Below, in pieces: positions 62,770-64,000 of a DNA stretch of 64,000 bases. The translations under genes and the position numbers were made by a program. Source of the DNA: Amoebidium appalachense (Eukaryota > Protista > Ichthyosporea); assembly GCA_963693365.1 (NCBI GenBank), contig CAVNZM010000002.1, positions 11,898,328 to 11,962,327 of the forward strand, given 5' to 3'. The notes beneath the pieces are model-generated. The model saw only the letters and a list, made by a program, of their open reading frames with translations. It did no database searches and was not told where the DNA came from. Every line of letters starts with the position of its first letter. The first letter of the stretch is position 1.

Positions 62770-63720
62770 ACGGTGTGTGTGTGTGTGTGTGTGTGTGTCT
62801 CACGGTGTGTGTGTGTGTCACGACGTGTTTGTGTGTTTGTGTGTGTGCCTAGCGTGATACCGTGTATGTGCGTGTGTGTCTATGTCACACGATGTGTGTC
62901 ACGTGTTTGTGTGTGTGTGTGTGTGTGTGTCTGTGTATATGTGTGTGTGTATGCGCGCAGGCAAGTGTGTATGTCTGTGGGTGTGTGCATGCACGCCCGG
63001 TTGTGTGTTTGTCGGGTGCGCTGTGTGTGTGTGTGCTCGGGCTGGTGGCGGTCAAGGTGATCATTGGAAGTGAGAATAAAGCCTTGGGGAGGGAGGGGTG
63101 AGGGATGGAGGGAGAGTAGGATGGATTAGGAACTGTGGCAGACACATTCGAGAACTGCAGGGCATTAATCTTTATCATAAAGGGGTGGAAGGGGTTATGA
63201 TGCTGTGCTAGCAAGTTTGTGAAACCTGAAAGCAAATAGCCTTTGAAAATGGCGTCCAGCTGCTCCGGTTGAAAAAGGAGCCATTCTGTCAAATTGGCCC
63301 TAGCATGCACTATGAATAGTAATGCTTCTTATCTTATGTCCACACGGTGCTAGTTGCTTTGAAGCTGGTGGCCAGTCTAAGCACGGCATTTGCCCCCCCG
63401 GCTCCCCCCCTCCCCCCCACCCCCCCCCCCCCCCTCCCCCCACAACAACCCACCCACCCACCCGGCCTCCTCTGCGGGGATACCCTGCTTCACCTACCAG
63501 CGAGTTTTTGTTCATGCATGCAGGGTATGTTAACGTTTGTGAGTTTGGTTTGTCCAACAAGGGTGTTAACGTTTCTGGAACATCCCCAGGGACACAAATT
63601 CCAGAGACCATGTGTGGCTGGTCATGTGCCTGTTCCCGCCAATCTTCGCCACAGTGAACTATTTCGCACGTGGCACCTGGTTTTTTGTTGACATACGAGG
63701 AAACGGTTTTCTGTGTTGAG

Positions 63721-63864
63721 AAATGGAGAGGAAGAAGCACAAGCCGGAGCTGTTGGCAGATGTGGCCGTGAGCCGCATGGGTGGCCCATTGATGTTTGTT
63801 GATGAGTCAGTGGAGCCGCCCATTGCTGAAAACCCACGCACTACTGTAACTCCAAAGAAAAAAG
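63721..63864 (+). CDS. Possible exon of a gene running off the window end
   Basis: ttttctgtgttgag|...MERKKHKPELLADVAVSRMGGPLMFVDESVEPPIAENPRTTVTPKKK|gtatgc followed by a poly-C intron-like tract. Confidence 0.25.
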
Positions 63865-64000
63865 GTATGCCCCCCCCCCCCCCCCCCCCCCCCCACCCAC
63901 CCACCCCTCCCCCCATCCCCTCCCCGGCCCCCCCTCCCCCCCTGCTTTCCTCCTCTTTGTCCAGGAACACATTCTAAGACCGAGACACACACAAACACAC

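Noticed and set aside
63560-63864. In-frame TGA (63717-63719) as selenocysteine or recoding
   Set aside because: A splice acceptor (ttgag at 63720) explains it, the upstream frame is closed by TAA, and no SECIS is visible.

Overview
Eukaryotic nuclear DNA from an intron-rich organism (plausibly a unicellular opisthokont; inference only). Its introns are saturated with poly-G/C tracts and (CA/GT)n or (GA)n microsatellites, so almost all ORFs in the supplied track are low-complexity artefacts. Manual exon assembly gives four well-supported minus-strand genes: APC2/ANAPC2 (>=22 short exons, 1.4-24.4 kb); a coiled-coil/BTB/WD40 protein (2 exons); an intronless secreted Pro/Glu/Thr-repeat protein broken by a 1-nt frameshift; and an ELAV/Hu-like 3-RRM protein with a clear U12-type AT-AC intron. 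Two or three further unidentified multi-exon genes are weakly supported. The most unusual non-genic signals are: (i) a dispersed, structured, poly(C)-abutting repeat (~10 copies, all sense within introns) with a Penelope-like partial-tandem layout; (ii) a 10x tandem amplification of an APC2 exon/donor junction; (iii) complementary (GU)n/(AC)n intron ends; (iv) TTAA-flanked Kolobok-type MITEs. All coordinates were read by hand; no database search or folding program was run.
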